From the NCBI RefSeq assembly GCF_000400465.1, contig NW_008806283.1, positions 20,001-268,000 on the forward strand: a stretch of DNA of 248,000 bases. The letters run 5' to 3'. Origin of the DNA: Wallemia ichthyophaga EXF-994 (Eukaryota > Fungi > Basidiomycota). A program made the position numbers and the translations under genes. The notes below the pieces were generated by a model. The model saw only the letters and a list, made by a program, of their open reading frames with translations. It was not told the DNA's origin and searched no databases. Shown here in pieces: positions 63,403 through 76,730 of this stretch; positions within the stretch are counted from its first letter, which is position 1; every line of letters starts with the position of its first letter.

Positions 63403-66400
63403 TCATTCGTCCTCATTCCTATAACCGGCTCTACGCATAGCACCTAGAGTTCTCCTTGCGGACGAAAGGTCCTTCTCGAGCTTGAGTATCTCGACCTGCT
63501 GCTCCATCTCCCTGACTTTGAACTCATGCGTGGGTACACTAGCCCAATCGACGTGACCATCTGCGTCTTGTGCTTGCTTGGCTGAAATAGCCTTGACTTG
63601 GCGCACGAGAGCTTTGCACGCCTCAGTGACAGCCTTAGCGGCAATTTCGAGTCGTTCCTGCGTCTTGGACATGAAGTTCGCCTTGACGCGCGACGCAGCG
63701 ACGAGCTGTGCGGTAGCTGCTGCCACTTCATTTGACGCTACGATAAGCTGCTCGAGTGAGTGAGACCCATTCAACACTCCGTCTGCGGCTTCGATGAGAA
63801 GATTCGTCGCAAACGCTACAGCCTTGGCAGCTGAAATCAATCCCTCTGTCCATCTGTTGTTGCGTTTGTAGAATTGCTGCGCTGACATGGTAGATCCACG
63901 TCCTTGGGCTACTATTTCCTTCTGAGACTCTGTAGCAGCCTGGATGAGACGAGCAATCGCATTCGTTATCGCTAGCGACGCTTCGAGTATTGCATCGTGC
64001 ACATTCTTGTCTAGACCGGAGTACCTCGTCGTGGTTTCCGCATGCATCATCGATTGTATCCTCTCGGTCGCCGCTTGGATTGCGTTTGCTGCTGCTAACA
64101 TCTCTCGCTCAACTATATCTCCAATTTCACCACTAGCTTTGGATAACTCTGTGCGGCCTTTAGGAATGGCCATGTCGAGGATATCTGTGAGCTCGTTTAG
64201 CGCCTCGCGCGAATCTGAGTTTTTGCGCGCGACAACGAGCGCACGTTGTTCAGAAGGCACCAGAGCAAGACGGAATGACTGCACATCAAGGAAAGCCCTT
64301 GCGGCAACATCACCAACTTTCCTAGCACCCTTGATTAGTGCATCGGATGCTTCGTCATCCTTAGTCAGCCTAGTTACTCCCTTGGCATTGAGCAGTATCT
64401 CGCAAATAGTTTGAGACAGCTCATTGGCAATCTTGATTACGTCAACGTGCCCAGCTGTCTGCTTGGGTGCTATGAAAGATGTGAAAGTCACTGCAAATTC
64501 CGAAGCATCCGCTTGCGCTTTTTCAATCATTGATAGTGTATACTCTGGAGATGCATTCTGGTTTCCAGTCTGGATTGACGACTCAAGCTCGTAATTGACA
64601 TCATCAATTTTATGCACGCATGCTTGGAAGATACTGTCAATAATCTGCTTTAACTTCTTATCGTGATCAACAATAAGCAAATCAATTTGTGCATTCAGTG
64701 CTTGGTCTGATTCTCCCTGTGTTAATTGCATTTCACCGAGTTTGCCGATAGTGGAATCCATTCCTTCTTGAATGATGGCAATCTCCGCATCTTTCTCTTC
64801 GCGCACACGCTCCGCTTCACCATTCGCCACGTCAATCTTATGAAGGAGCTCATCGATTTGTATTTGCTTTGAGTGGAGACTATCTTCCAACTCGTTCAAT
64901 TGTCGATTATATCTGCTGATCATGGAGGAGGTTTCAGTGGAGCGGTGGCGCGTTGCATCCTCTGCTCTCTCATTTGCAAAGTCAAGATCACGACGTAAAC
65001 GACTATGCTCATCTTTCTGACTTGATTTAAGTCTGTCAAGATCAAAGCGAGCTCTGTCGCGTTCACGTATCATGTCTGCTAGCTCGAGATTCTTTGCTTT
65101 GACATCACGTTCCATGCGTTCGTACTGTTTAGTGTTAGCGTGGTGCTTTGTATTGATAAGCGATGACAAACTCACCTTAGTGATTGCCTCCTGAGCAGAA
65201 TTAGCTTTGAGTTGCATTTGCTTAAATTTCCCAAGCATATCCAGGTGTTCAGTGCGTAGTTGAGAATACAATTTTGCCAGTGCCTCATACTTGTTTCTCC
65301 ACATGGTAATTTGATCCTGTAAACTCTTAATGAGCTCATCTTTGCCTATCATCTGTGCTCCAACATTGGCATTGATTGCAGCCAACTCCATTTCAAGGGC
65401 CTTGACACGCGAGTCATATTGCTGAAGCATCATCTGGTCCCTCTCAAACTGACCTCTCATCTCTAGTAGTTGACGCTCCATATCTGCAGCTGCACCCATG
65501 TGCTGCTGTGCCGCTTGCTGTTGTAAAAGCTGTTGTTTTGCCATTTCTTGTTGTTGTTGTTGGAGGAGTTGCTGTTCTTCAAACTCACGCTGCTGATTTT
65601 GCATCTGAAGTTGACGTTGAGCTTCCTGCGAGTCACGCTCAGATTGAAGCTTGGCCTGTTGATCTTCATACTCCTTGAGCATACGTGCTTGTTCAGCAAT
65701 ATCAACTGATGGGGTGTCTGGAGCAGTGGGTGGGGGAGCAGGTGACTTTTGCAAAGCTTTCCGCTCAGCCATCTCAGCATGACCTTCCGGATCCTGCCAT
65801 AAGTTTGGAGGCTCCTGGGGGAGTTGTTAGGTTGGGAAGGGTAAGACAGAGAAAGACGACCCACCTGACCAAGTTTAGGAACGTTGATTAAAGAGGTGAG
65901 GTATTTGAGGTTGGAGCATTCGTAGTAAAATTTACGCAATTGATGGTGTTGACCGTTGAAGCGCTGTACGAGAGGTTGAAGGATCTCATCAGCGTTTTCG
66001 ACACCTGTTGGAATGTGATTGAGTGGGAAGTTAACAGGTTGTTAATTAAAACTAACGTCTGTGCATTGCTCTAAGCATGGAAGTGATGAATCTGTAAATA
66101 CCATAACTCTCCTTAACGAGAGGAACAAGGGAAGAGATTCTGCACTCATTGTTTGAGATGCCACGGAGGTGCATAAAAACCAGACGCTGGAAAGAATCGA
66201 TACCGTCTTGAAGATTCATAAGATCGGCAACTGTCTCATATCTAAGTGGGTGAATGAGTGGGGTAAAGCGGGGTAAGAGAACGAAACAAACCCCTCATTA
66301 GGATCATCAACGCCTTTGAGAGTGATATACTCAGCGTATTCAAACAAACCATTGAATTCAGGGTGGTTTCTGTGAAAACGCAATTTGGACATGATGAATT

Positions 66401-66903
66401 GAACGTAAGCTTGAATTAGTGGAGCGTAACCAAGACCAAAGTTGCCAACAGTGCGTGAGCAAGTGTCTAGCCAGCCGATGTGCTGTTGAATTTCGCGTAA
66501 AGTCTGAGATGACGTCAGACGTGTGTACTGGGAAGGTATAACGAGAGTCCACACGCACAATTGGATGGCCTTCCTGTACGATTTTGTGCACAACGATAAG
66601 AGCTTTGTAAGTTTGAACTTCATCGCTCATAATCGGCTGTACACGTAAACCAGACCAAATGGATTGTGAGGAGTGATAATCCCAAGTGTAAACAATACAT
66701 TCTGCGATAAGAATGATGAGCTCATGATTGTAATCTAAATAATAAAACTAACTTCTAACGTGCTTCTGCTTTGGTGCAGTCTCATCAGTATTCGTTGCTT
66801 TCTTAATATTGAGAGCGAGTTCAGTTTCAGCTTTATCGCGATCAACGGGTCTTGATGGCTGGTGGAAGCTGTCGTGAAATCCCTGCTGCCTTAATCTCGA
66901 CAT
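63403..66903 (-). CDS. SLA2: Sla2/End4 (ANTH + I/LWEQ)
   Basis: KKATNTDETAPKQKHVR, NGLFEYAEYI, WTEGLISAAKAVA. Confidence 0.92.
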
Positions 66904-66934
66904 GGTGATGGTGGTTGGTGTCAGCCTAACAACC

Positions 66935-68278
66935 ATGAGTGATTTGGAAATTTCAAGACAAGAAAAGCTGGCGAGGGCCAGAAACCATTTGAAGAAGGCT
67001 CAGTCGAAGAAAAAGCACTCGAGTAGCGCTTCAAGAGACGTTTCTTCGTTATTCACTACAACTCCAACTGATCAGCCAAATTCTCCTTTATTCTCTCCTA
67101 CGCTTGATGAATCTGATAAGACGAGCGATTGGGATGCTTTGCAATCCTCGCTTCAGATTCAATCTGATAAGCAGCTTGACGTGGATCAGGCTGCGGATGA
67201 TTTTGATAAAGGTGATCAAGAGGGTGGATATGATGAGGCGAATGCGGTGGATGGAGTCGATGTAGTGAATTCGAGAGATGCAGGGGATGTGGTTGATACA
67301 GGTAATACAGCCGATACATTCGATACACTCGATAAAGCTGAGGAACCGCACGAGAAACGGGAGAATGCACAAGAATCACCCGAAATGCAACGGCAACAAC
67401 CGCCACTCACAGAAATTTCCTTAGAAGAGCTCAAACAGCAATTAAATGAAGCACACATTGATCATAGCGCGCAAATGAGCGAAAAGAAGAACACAATTGA
67501 TGCACTTGAAAAGACAATCATTGAACTGAAAAGCAACTCTGGAAATAGCGATGAAGTTAATAATTTAGAGAGGAAATTAGATTCAATACAGGCCCAATTA
67601 ATGTCGAACAAGCAATCACACCAAGAAACAAATTCAGCATTGCAACATAGTGAAAATGAGCGTAATCAGCAACGAGAGAATATTGATGCAATTGAGCAAA
67701 AGCTAAGTCATGCTTCGGAGCAGTTGTTGAGGAGTAAATTGGATAACAAGAGTGTTAGAGATGAGGTGGAGAGGGGTAATTCTGAGATTAAATCTTTGAA
67801 GGAGCAACTTAGCGAGCAGCTATCAACAATAAGTAATCTGCAAGAGATGGAAAAGGAGAAAGAGAGGCTATCCACCCTTTCTAGCAATTTGCAAGAGTCA
67901 AACGAATCTCTATCTCACCGTCTTTCACAGTTAGAGGAGGAGAATGCATCTCTAAAGCAAACTATAGAAAAGGACGCAGATAGAAAGAGTATCGAGAGTC
68001 TCGATAAGGGGGCATCAACAATACCATTGAATACTAATGGACACTTTGTCTCAGCAGCTGCACGCTCACTTATACCAAGCAGCGTGATGCATAAGCGTCG
68101 AGAATCGTTGCAGATGCTCAAGATACGTATGGATAGTCACATACAGCCAACACAAATGGACGCCGTCAATGAAGAGAGCCTGCCGCGCAACCAATTTATG
68201 ACCAACGACGACCCACTCTTCTTCTGTGCAGCTTGTGAGAATGAGAATGACGAGGGAGAAGGGTTGATTGTGTTGTAA
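66935..68278 (+). CDS. Hypothetical coiled-coil protein
   Basis: 458 aa ORF; long heptad region; C-terminal FFCAAC. Confidence 0.55.
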   Translation: MSDLEISRQEKLARARNHLKKAQSKKKHSSSASRDVSSLFTTTPTDQPNSPLFSPTLDESDKTSDWDALQSSLQIQSDKQLDVDQAADDFDKGDQEGGYDEANAVDGVDVVNSRDAGDVVDTGNTADTFDTLDKAEEPHEKRENAQESPEMQRQQPPLTEISLEELKQQLNEAHIDHSAQMSEKKNTIDALEKTIIELKSNSGNSDEVNNLERKLDSIQAQLMSNKQSHQETNSALQHSENERNQQRENIDAIEQKLSHASEQLLRSKLDNKSVRDEVERGNSEIKSLKEQLSEQLSTISNLQEMEKEKERLSTLSSNLQESNESLSHRLSQLEEENASLKQTIEKDADRKSIESLDKGASTIPLNTNGHFVSAAARSLIPSSVMHKRRESLQMLKIRMDSHIQPTQMDAVNEESLPRNQFMTNDDPLFFCAACENENDEGEGLIVL

Positions 68279-68526
68279 TGAGAATGAATTTGTTTGATAA
68301 GTGAGAATTAACAAGTGAGAATATGAGACATTAGATAGTGCCAGACATTATGGTAACAGACACATCAAACATACCAAACACTCTTGACATATAAATGGTT
68401 ATAGATTGTTTAATAGTATGACTGAAATGATCTCAGATACGATCGATATAAGAAGAGAGATAAGACAATTTAGATTTAATTATAAAGAATTCGTTTATCG
68501 GTTATAGATTTGAGTCATGGAAAATT

Positions 68527-69360
68527 TTAGGCTTGTTCACCTTGAGCTGGTTCATCTTCTTGCTTAACATCAGATTTCTCTTCTGGCTTTGAATCAGATT
68601 CTTGCATGTCCGAAGTCCATAAAGTGAGGTTATCACGTAAGAGTTGCATAATCAATGTGCTGTCTTTGTAGCTTTCCTCGGAGAGAGTGTCTAATTCAGC
68701 GATAGCGTCATCGAAGGCTTGCTTAGCGAGGTGACAAGCGCGGTCAGGAGAGTTAAGAATTTCATAGTAAAAGACTGAGAAGTTAAGAGCCAAGCCAAGT
68801 CTGATAGGGTGAGTTGGAGGAAGTTCAGTGACAGCGACGTCGGAAGCAGACTTGTAAGCCTCCAAAGAAGCTTCAGCTGATCCCTTTCTACGATCACCGG
68901 TAGCGAATTCAGCGAGGTAACGGTGGTAGTCACCCTTCATCTTGTGGTAGAAGACCTTTGATTCACCGGACGCAGCAGAAGGAATGAGGTGGCCATCGAG
69001 AACGTCGAGAATGTCTTCACATATCTTAGCCAATTCAAGCTCAATCTTCTCTCTGTAAGACTTAATCATGTGAACTTGAGAATCGTTGCCCTTAGACTCC
69101 TCCTTTTGCTCAATAGAGGATACGATTCTCCAAGAAGCTCTACGAGCACCGATGACGTTCTTGTAAGCGACAGAGAGCAAGTTACGTTCTTCAACGGTGA
69201 GTTCTTGATCAGAGGAGGCCACCTTCTTCATAGATTCGACCATTTCTGGGTGGATTGTGAGCTGAGAGTGAGACACGTGAAGCACCCACACACCTTCATA
69301 ACGCTCAGCTTGCTCAGCGAGTTTAGCGAGGTAAACGTGGTCTTCACGGGTTTCAGTCAT
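68527..69360 (-). CDS. BMH1: 14-3-3 protein
   Basis: [37 protein letters not shown]. Confidence 0.97.
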   Translation of the reverse strand: MTETREDHVYLAKLAEQAERYEGVWVLHVSHSQLTIHPEMVESMKKVASSDQELTVEERNLLSVAYKNVIGARRASWRIVSSIEQKEESKGNDSQVHMIKSYREKIELELAKICEDILDVLDGHLIPSAASGESKVFYHKMKGDYHRYLAEFATGDRRKGSAEASLEAYKSASDVAVTELPPTHPIRLGLALNFSVFYYEILNSPDRACHLAKQAFDDAIAELDTLSEESYKDSTLIMQLLRDNLTLWTSDMQESDSKPEEKSDVKQEDEPAQGEQA

Positions 69361-70169
69361 TTCTACGGGTATTGTTAGGATTTTTGTATTTTTAGTGCGA
69401 GTGCGTGTGCGTTGGGTGCAAGTGAGGTGAAGGAAATTCCAGACTTTGACGTTTCATAAAGGAGAAATTTTTAAAGAAATTCAAGAGAGTGGCAGTGGGA
69501 GCGTGGTGGCTGTGTGTTGCAGGCAGCCCAGTATCACCACCAAGCTCCCCCACTCCCGCTCACCCACTCTTAAGCCACGTCACCGAAAAACCGCAGTGAC
69601 GCGTGGATGTATGAATACACCACGCAGCCACCCAATCTCGCACTCCCGCCAACGCCCACGCTTCGCCTCACCCACCTTGTTGTCTGTGTTAGATGGTATT
69701 CTGCGTAGGCTTCGAATAATCGATCCATTTCATCAAAGCGTAAAAAAAATTACAAAGTAAAAATCCTATTGTAGGTTATTGTGAGATGTGGAGGGGTCTG
69801 GGAGGCATGTTAGCCACTCTGCGCTTGTTACACATTTATACACGTTATCAGTGGTGCTAGCGGGTGGCCACGGCGTAAAGGGGTGTGCAGAGCGGGGAGT
69901 GTAATAAATGAATAAATATACTTGTAAAAATGGATTGTATATCAAAATAATTATATCTGCCAAATTGAGCGGCTTAAACAGCGTATATCAGCGTATATGA
70001 CACGAACCAGGAAAATAGACGGCGTTCGTAGTCTGCTGAGCCATCCAGCTTTGCAGTGTGCACCGAAGTCTAGACCTGTTTATCAGCTTAACCAGCTTAA
70101 TCGGGTCAACAACCCCTACTGTTAGTAGTGTTCTAATTCAAAAACCACGCTAAAAACACTCCAGTATCG

Positions 70170-70943
70170 ATGCTAGCTACACCACTGCGCTGGTGTGCTG
70201 TATCCAAGTACAAATACCCCAGTGCGCTACTCCTGCGCTTCAGAGTGGTCCAAGGTGTGCTACAGCTGCGAGACAAGGCGTCCACCAACAATTCAAACTC
70301 ACTCGGTAAAGGAATGAGTGTGCTTTGTCGGCGCAGTGCACTCGAGTGTATGCTAAATGACAAGCTCTGGATGAGGTTATCGCGAAATGCGAGTGTACCT
70401 AGCCATTTCGTACACGCAGTACAATCGCAGCTGGTGGATGGAGTGGTGGCTGAGTTAGATGGCATTCTGCGTAAGCTGCGCAGTAATTGTGTTGAGCCGG
70501 ATCAATCGTTTCAATCGGATCACCCAGCGTGGTTAATGCAGCGTCAGACAATCGCTACAACAAACACAACTTTATTCGTCGGTTTCTATATCACTCTGGC
70601 ATCAACACCAACACACACAGTCCCATTCAGCCGCCTCACTCAAGGAACATACAGCTCACCGATCTACACGTTCAGCGACAAATACGCAGACAAATACCAG
70701 CTAAACGCGATTCGTTATCGTCTGAGCAAATTAGAAGAGCAGCTGCGACGCCGGGGATGCAACACTGGCCAAAACACCTCCGACACGTTTGCATTTGGGT
70801 TCGGCAGAGTGAGTGATGCACACCTGTCCATCGATCTCACCCCTCTCGCCGTGGCGCTGTGGAGATGTAGAATGTGGCATGAGGATGAGCTGGTTTTAGA
70901 GGGTTTTGGGTTGAATAGTGGGGATATTAGGGTGATACGGTAG
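70170..70943 (+). CDS. Hypothetical protein
   Basis: 257 aa ORF, no recognised motif. Confidence 0.4.
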   Translation: MLATPLRWCAVSKYKYPSALLLRFRVVQGVLQLRDKASTNNSNSLGKGMSVLCRRSALECMLNDKLWMRLSRNASVPSHFVHAVQSQLVDGVVAELDGILRKLRSNCVEPDQSFQSDHPAWLMQRQTIATTNTTLFVGFYITLASTPTHTVPFSRLTQGTYSSPIYTFSDKYADKYQLNAIRYRLSKLEEQLRRRGCNTGQNTSDTFAFGFGRVSDAHLSIDLTPLAVALWRCRMWHEDELVLEGFGLNSGDIRVIR

Positions 70944-71039
70944 ATTATCAATCAGCATATCAATCAGCACTATCATCATATCATCATCATATCATCAATA
71001 ATACAGTGAGCAGTGAGTGAATCTTCACAACTGTCTCGT

Positions 71040-71797
71040 TTAACTATACGAACTGTACGGCGGTGGATTCTCTTGTCCCTGCTGCCTCTCCTCGTTAGCG
71101 TCCGCATCAGCACCTCTAGCGGCCATAGCAGCGTGCACGCTATCGTCGTGTACCTGATACGAGTAATCTGGGGTAGGATTGCTGCTGTGATTAGACTCGC
71201 TTTCGTATTTAGGCAGGGGTTCATTCTGGGGTGCGTTTGAGTAAGCACCCAGACGCTCTCTGGCTTCTTCAACCCCCTGGTAGAATTCGAAGGTGGATCC
71301 CTGGCTGAACCAGACTTTGAGGTCAGCGCCCTGGTTGAAGCCGTTGGAGTAGGTGTGTTGGTTGTAGTCGTTGTCGTTGTTGTCGTTGTCATTCTCACCA
71401 CCCCGATCACCCCGATCACCCCGATCGTCAATACCGCTGCCACTCCCACCAGGCAGAATAGTAGCCTCCCAACGATTCGCGCCGAGGAGTGGCTGGGCGA
71501 GGTAGCCATCAGCGACGTACTGGAGGAGCACACTGAGGCTGCGAATGGATTCGTGGGCGGGTGAGAGAAATACTATACGCTTGTTGGTAAGGAAGATGCT
71601 GCCGTGTGCATCATAAACGCGTCCAGGAGCACTGAGGCTGATGCGCAACTGGACGTCGTCGTAGCTGAGTATTATCTTCTCCTCTGTGTGCAGAGTGAGA
71701 TTGTGACAGTGAGCCAGAATCGAACACCCAACCTACCGGGGAATTCAACGGGTCTTGTGCCGTCTTGATTGGTCATTGAGTTGTTGATTGCAGCCAT
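71040..71797 (-). CDS. WBP2/GRAM-like protein with PPxY tail
   Basis: GSIFLTNKRIVF, QPLLGANRW, PLPKY, PPPY. Confidence 0.65.
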
Positions 71798-71927
71798 TGT
71801 TGTGGTGGTGGTTAGGGAGTAAGGGGATTAATCAATAATATCAATAATATCAATAATAAAATATAAATGGCTATCCTTGTGTGCATATTCACTCATTCTC
71901 ACTTCCTGCTTCCCACTCCCACCACCC

Positions 71928-72382
71928 ATGTCCAGATTCATCAGAGGCTCTCTCAGTGGTTTCGCTGTTGCTGCCGCAGCCAGCTACAGCTTTAGTAGTG
72001 CTATTGGTGCACGCACTGACTCTATTTCTGCCGAGTGAGTTGCGTCTTCACTCCTCGCACTTCCCACTAAGCCACCAAAAGACTCGCGGAAATACGCGAT
72101 TTCTATGGCACACACGCACCCCAACCTGACTCTCCCTCTCACAAGAAAGCCTACGTCAAATCCCCAGATGCATCTCTCGCTGAGCTCATCGCGACCAAGT
72201 GGAACGACCACATCCTCTCCCTAGTAGCCAGTGCCAGGAGGTTCGACTACTATGAGGCGGGTGACACGATGCTCAACTGGGCTGTCCAGAGTATCCGCGG
72301 TGGTAGTCCTAGCCAGGTAGACAAGGTAGACAGCACACTCAACACACCCACACACACCAGTACACCGCAGAAACTTGTATAA
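71928..72382 (+). CDS. Mic12/Aim5-like mitochondrial protein (absent from ORF track)
   Basis: MSRFIRGSLSGFAVAAAASY|intron|...LIATKWNDHILSLV. Confidence 0.5.
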
Positions 72383-72415
72383 CAAACCCAGCGCATGCAT
72401 CCCTAGCTCTATAAT

Positions 72416-74224
72416 TCACAGCCCTCTGTACTCCTCCCAGCCAACCTTCTCCATTTTATCCACCTTAGCGTAGACCTCCTCTTCCAGGCGGTGCTTATAC
72501 GTGTCGAGAGCATCCAACAAGCGTGGCATGCCCGCTGCAACGATCCTCACCGCGAGAAGACCAGCGTTAACACCCCCGTTAATAGCAACGGTAGCGACGG
72601 GGATTCCGCGTGGCATCTGCACGATAGAATGAAGGCTATCGACGCCATCTAGCGAGCTGCCTTTAACGGGTACGCCAATCACTGGGAGTGGGGTCATAGC
72701 TGCGATCATACCCGGTAAGTGTGCAGCTCCACCGGCGCCAGCTACTATGCAGCGCACGCCACGCGCGCGCGCACTGTGTGCGAATTGTGCCATGCGCTGT
72801 GGTGTGCGGTGTGCAGAAACCACTGTTAACTCATACTCCACGCCAAGCTCACCCAACATGGCTCCCGCCCCGCTCATCACCTTGAGATCCGAGTCACTTC
72901 CCATCACTACGCTTACGAGTGGGTGCGATGGGTTAGTGCGTGTGGTGGTCTTGTCGGTTTCAACTTGTTTGATGGACGGTGGGAGGAGTGTGGAGATGTG
73001 CGCGAGTGCGCTGGACACCACGCCCGAGCTGGATGACTTACTTGGCAACAGTGCCGTGAGTGTGTCCACATGGTCATGCACACTCGCTGCACTTTCCCCT
73101 ACTACCGTGACGTGTCCCATCTTGCGTCCCTTCCTACACCCCGCCTTGCCGTATAAATGGACATGAGCTCCCGGCAGAGTGAGCGCTTTACGAGCGAGCT
73201 TCATTACTCCCTCTTCCGTCCCATCGTCCCTGCCGAGGAGGTTAACCATAGCAGCGTACGGCACGACCATCTGCGTATCGCCGAGCGGGAGGTCGAGAAT
73301 AGCGCGGAGATGGTTATCGTACTGGGAGGTAGCACAAGCCTCGATAGTATAATGACCCGAGTTATGTGGCCTTGGAGCTATCTCATTGAGCAGTATCTGT
73401 CCATCAGCGAGAAGGAACATCTCCACACCGAAAACACCCGCACCTACGAAAGTGCTGATAGCGTTGGTGGCCACGTCGCGCGCGCGCGACTGCACACTCG
73501 CATCAGACGCAAGGAGAGGTGCATACACAACACTGCAAACGCTGTCCTCGTGCACCGTCTCAACGGCGGGATACGCCACTACTTGTCCACCAACTGAACG
73601 GACGACCATCACTGCGATCTCGGCAGTGAACGGGGCAAGTTCTTCCACATACAGCCCTCCCTTGCCGGCTGTCTGCGCGAGCGTGCTGACGGCTGTCTGT
73701 GCCTCTTGAGCACTCTTGACGAGGTAGTTGCCTTTACCGTCGTAAGCCTGTTTGCGGGCCTTGAGCATGACGGGGAAACCGCTAAGGTGGTTTGAGACGG
73801 CGGAGAGGAGCGCGTCAGCGGATTGCTCCTCCAGCGGTACGCTCCTCGCTACGGGGATGCGGTGGTGCATCAAGTGCTCCTTCTGCGTGTACTTGTCCTG
73901 GATTGTGCGGATGGTGGATGGTGATGGAGAGACTTGCACGCGCCCGCCCATATCACGCTCTACCTCCTCAAGCACGTCCACGTTAACGTGCTCGATCTCG
74001 ACTGTGAGGATATCTACGCGCCCAGCAAGCTCTTTGATAGCAGCTGGGTCGTTGAATGAGCCTAAGACGTGGCCTCCCTGCCTATTGGATACCTGCTTGG
74101 CCGGTGACTGCGTATCCCCCTCCAACACCACTATATCCAGATTCATCAACTGCCCCGCTTGGATGAGCATTCGGCCGAGCTGTCCCCCGCCGAGGATCCC
74201 TATTTTGCGTGTATCGATTGACAT
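72416..74224 (-). CDS. ADE2: Phosphoribosylaminoimidazole carboxylase
   Basis: IGILGGGQLGRM, EIAPRPHNSGH, VVSAHRTP, AGAGGAAHLPG. Confidence 0.97.
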   Translation of the reverse strand: MSIDTRKIGILGGGQLGRMLIQAGQLMNLDIVVLEGDTQSPAKQVSNRQGGHVLGSFNDPAAIKELAGRVDILTVEIEHVNVDVLEEVERDMGGRVQVSPSPSTIRTIQDKYTQKEHLMHHRIPVARSVPLEEQSADALLSAVSNHLSGFPVMLKARKQAYDGKGNYLVKSAQEAQTAVSTLAQTAGKGGLYVEELAPFTAEIAVMVVRSVGGQVVAYPAVETVHEDSVCSVVYAPLLASDASVQSRARDVATNAISTFVGAGVFGVEMFLLADGQILLNEIAPRPHNSGHYTIEACATSQYDNHLRAILDLPLGDTQMVVPYAAMVNLLGRDDGTEEGVMKLARKALTLPGAHVHLYGKAGCRKGRKMGHVTVVGESAASVHDHVDTLTALLPSKSSSSGVVSSALAHISTLLPPSIKQVETDKTTTRTNPSHPLVSVVMGSDSDLKVMSGAGAMLGELGVEYELTVVSAHRTPQRMAQFAHSARARGVRCIVAGAGGAAHLPGMIAAMTPLPVIGVPVKGSSLDGVDSLHSIVQMPRGIPVATVAINGGVNAGLLAVRIVAAGMPRLLDALDTYKHRLEEEVYAKVDKMEKVGWEEYRGL

Positions 74225-74323
74225 TATTTAATTTTATTTTAAATCGATCTTGGTGGTTAGATGGAGAGATACGAGATGGCCATCTCCCTTGCTTCCCGAC
74301 GACGACGACGATAATTTATTTAA

Positions 74324-74905
74324 ATGGCGCCACACGTACAGCCATCGGAGGTGCGTTGATCTTCTATCCCTGCTGCCGTCTCTCACGCGCTGCAGTTCCT
74401 CCGCGATCTCGCTGAGCTGTTTGAGCGGGTGAGTGGGAGTGTGAGCAGTGGCAGTGGCAGTGGCACTGTATTCCTCACGCAGAAACGCTACCAATACCAC
74501 GATAAAGAAGGTGCAGAAATGGATATCGACGCAGACAGCCCAAATCCCGCGCAATTCCATGTTCTCCTCAGAGCTACTGCCCAAATAGACGATAAACAGT
74601 ACAAATCAGCCACGCGCATCCCTTCTGACCAGCTCGATGGCTTTGTTGCGCACTACAACTCTCTCCTCCACGCCCACCTTCACTCCAATCTCCGCAAGAG
74701 AGACAGGAAGAGAGAGAAACGTAAGGCGGATATTGCCGCTGTGAGGAAACGCAGACTAGAGACGCCCGTCGATATACCCCACTCTAAACGCGGTAGCGGG
74801 AGGCGTAAGTTTCAACGTAAAGTTAAAGCTGAACAGAGGAGGCTAGCTGCTTTGCACACGGTAGCAAGTGGCACGAGTGGGCAGAATACTTTGAAAATTC
74901 CTTAA
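74324..74905 (+). CDS. SRP14: Signal recognition particle subunit Srp14
   Basis: FL..L..LFE...GTVFLTQKRY, LLRAT, LRKRDRKREK. Confidence 0.75.
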
Positions 74906-74950
74906 AATCACTGAAATTGATGGATATCGCTTTTTACATGACAGATTCAT

Positions 74951-76675
74951 TCATCGATAGGCCATAGATGATCTCCACGCACTCGCCGTTGTTATCCGGC
75001 GTGCTTGGTCGTATGTTATGGCTCCTTGACGGTATTGGACGCCGGCATCATCTGTTGCATCTGTTGCATCATCGTCAGCACCCCCACCTAGCTGCTCTTC
75101 TATCATTTCCTCCTCATCAGAATCATTCATCGTGTCGTCACCCCCTCTGACCCCGCCAAACGACGCCGAGGTGCTGCCGACGGGTGTAGCCATGATGCTC
75201 GTCTGTTGAGGAGATGCCTCGAATGCAGCGAATGAAGACAGAGGCTTGCGTGAGTGTGAAGCACTAGCACTACTACCACTTGCAGCACTTGCACCGCGTG
75301 GTGGAAGTGCAGGTGCACCTGTTGTGAAAGAATATGAAGGTGGAGACGCGTAACGCTGCGAGAGATACTTATCAGTGAAACGCGATCCCGGTACCTAATC
75401 AAGTGAATTAACCAGCATATCAACTACACAAACACTCTAACGCACCCTTTTCACGACCCCTTTCGCCTCCTGTAACCCCGCTACACCCCTCCATACCTGA
75501 AAGTTATGTTCAGCTTCCGGGCTATCTCTGTAGATGTTCTCTACGTGTATCCTTCCCGTATTTTCATTCCTTAACATGAGAGTTTCGTGGAGTGCGCGTG
75601 CGACATCGTCGACGCTCTCATGCATCCCGTGTACGCGCTCGGCGACCGCCCCACCCACTTCTCCGATAAGTCTCTCCATATCCATCTGTTCAAGGGCACT
75701 GCCGATGATGACCTGAGCGAGGAAGCTGGCGGAAACGAGAGGAATGAGCAGCCCGCCCGTGAGATCGGCGAGTGCGCGAAAGAAGTCGGTCGCATACTGG
75801 TACCCGCTCAGAGCAGGCTCGCAAGCGACTACGAAGAGCGTTATAGAGGAGCTCGCCATTGCGCGCGCTAGTTGAAGCGGGTCGTAGCCGCAGGGAGAGC
75901 CGTCGGGAAAGCCATCACCATACTCCCCTATACCGTGAGGTGGAGCATCCGCTACGAGCACTGCCATCTTGCTCGCATGCGCCCGCCATGGCATCGCATA
76001 TACCGCCTCGCGCATAGCTATCGTTACACCTTCTGGCCCGTCGCCGCCGCCGGATGCATAGAGCGACCTGTACACGGTGTAAGCGTAAGCCAGTGTACTT
76101 TTAATGATAAAGTGATGCACTGATGCTCATGTCGTCATCCAACTTGAGCCCCTATCACTCACTGCTACCTACTTGAGATTCTCGCGCATTTCGTCATAGT
76201 CGTGCGTAAAGCCAAAGTTCTTGAATTCATACGTGTAGTCCTGTGGTTTGCTGTCCTGGGAGGGGTGAGAATGCGTTAAGACACGCAGTGACACCAACTC
76301 GGTAGGAAATCAAACCCAATCTCAACGCGGACTCGCCGATCAGCTTCTGTGAGTGTATAATAGACTGGCATATATCGATAACGTTCTTTGTGGCGTTGTC
76401 GAGGTAGCTGCCCATACTACCGGTGGAATCCATGATGAAGAGTAGATCGCTGGGTATTTGAATGAGGAGAATACGATAATATATATTCATCCACGTACAT
76501 GCTTGTGCTGGTGTCGTTGACGTGTATATCCTCGTATCCAGCCTTCTGGGGCAAGTCAACGCCTGGAGAAGCGTGGTAGAGCGGGATAGCGGGCGGAGTG
76601 GGAGTATCAGTATCAATGTCCTTGTAATTGGTGAGTGGTTTATGCGTGGTGCGTGGTGCTCCCTATACACACCAT
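74951..76675 (-). CDS. vWA-domain protein (vwkA/EF2K-like vWA), multi-exon
   Basis: DLLFIMDSTGSMG MIDAS, GGGDGPE, VLVADAPPHG. Confidence 0.75.
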
Positions 76676-76730
76676 TTGATAGTGGTGGAATGGGGGCAAG
76701 CGGTTAATTACCCACCACCACCACACCACC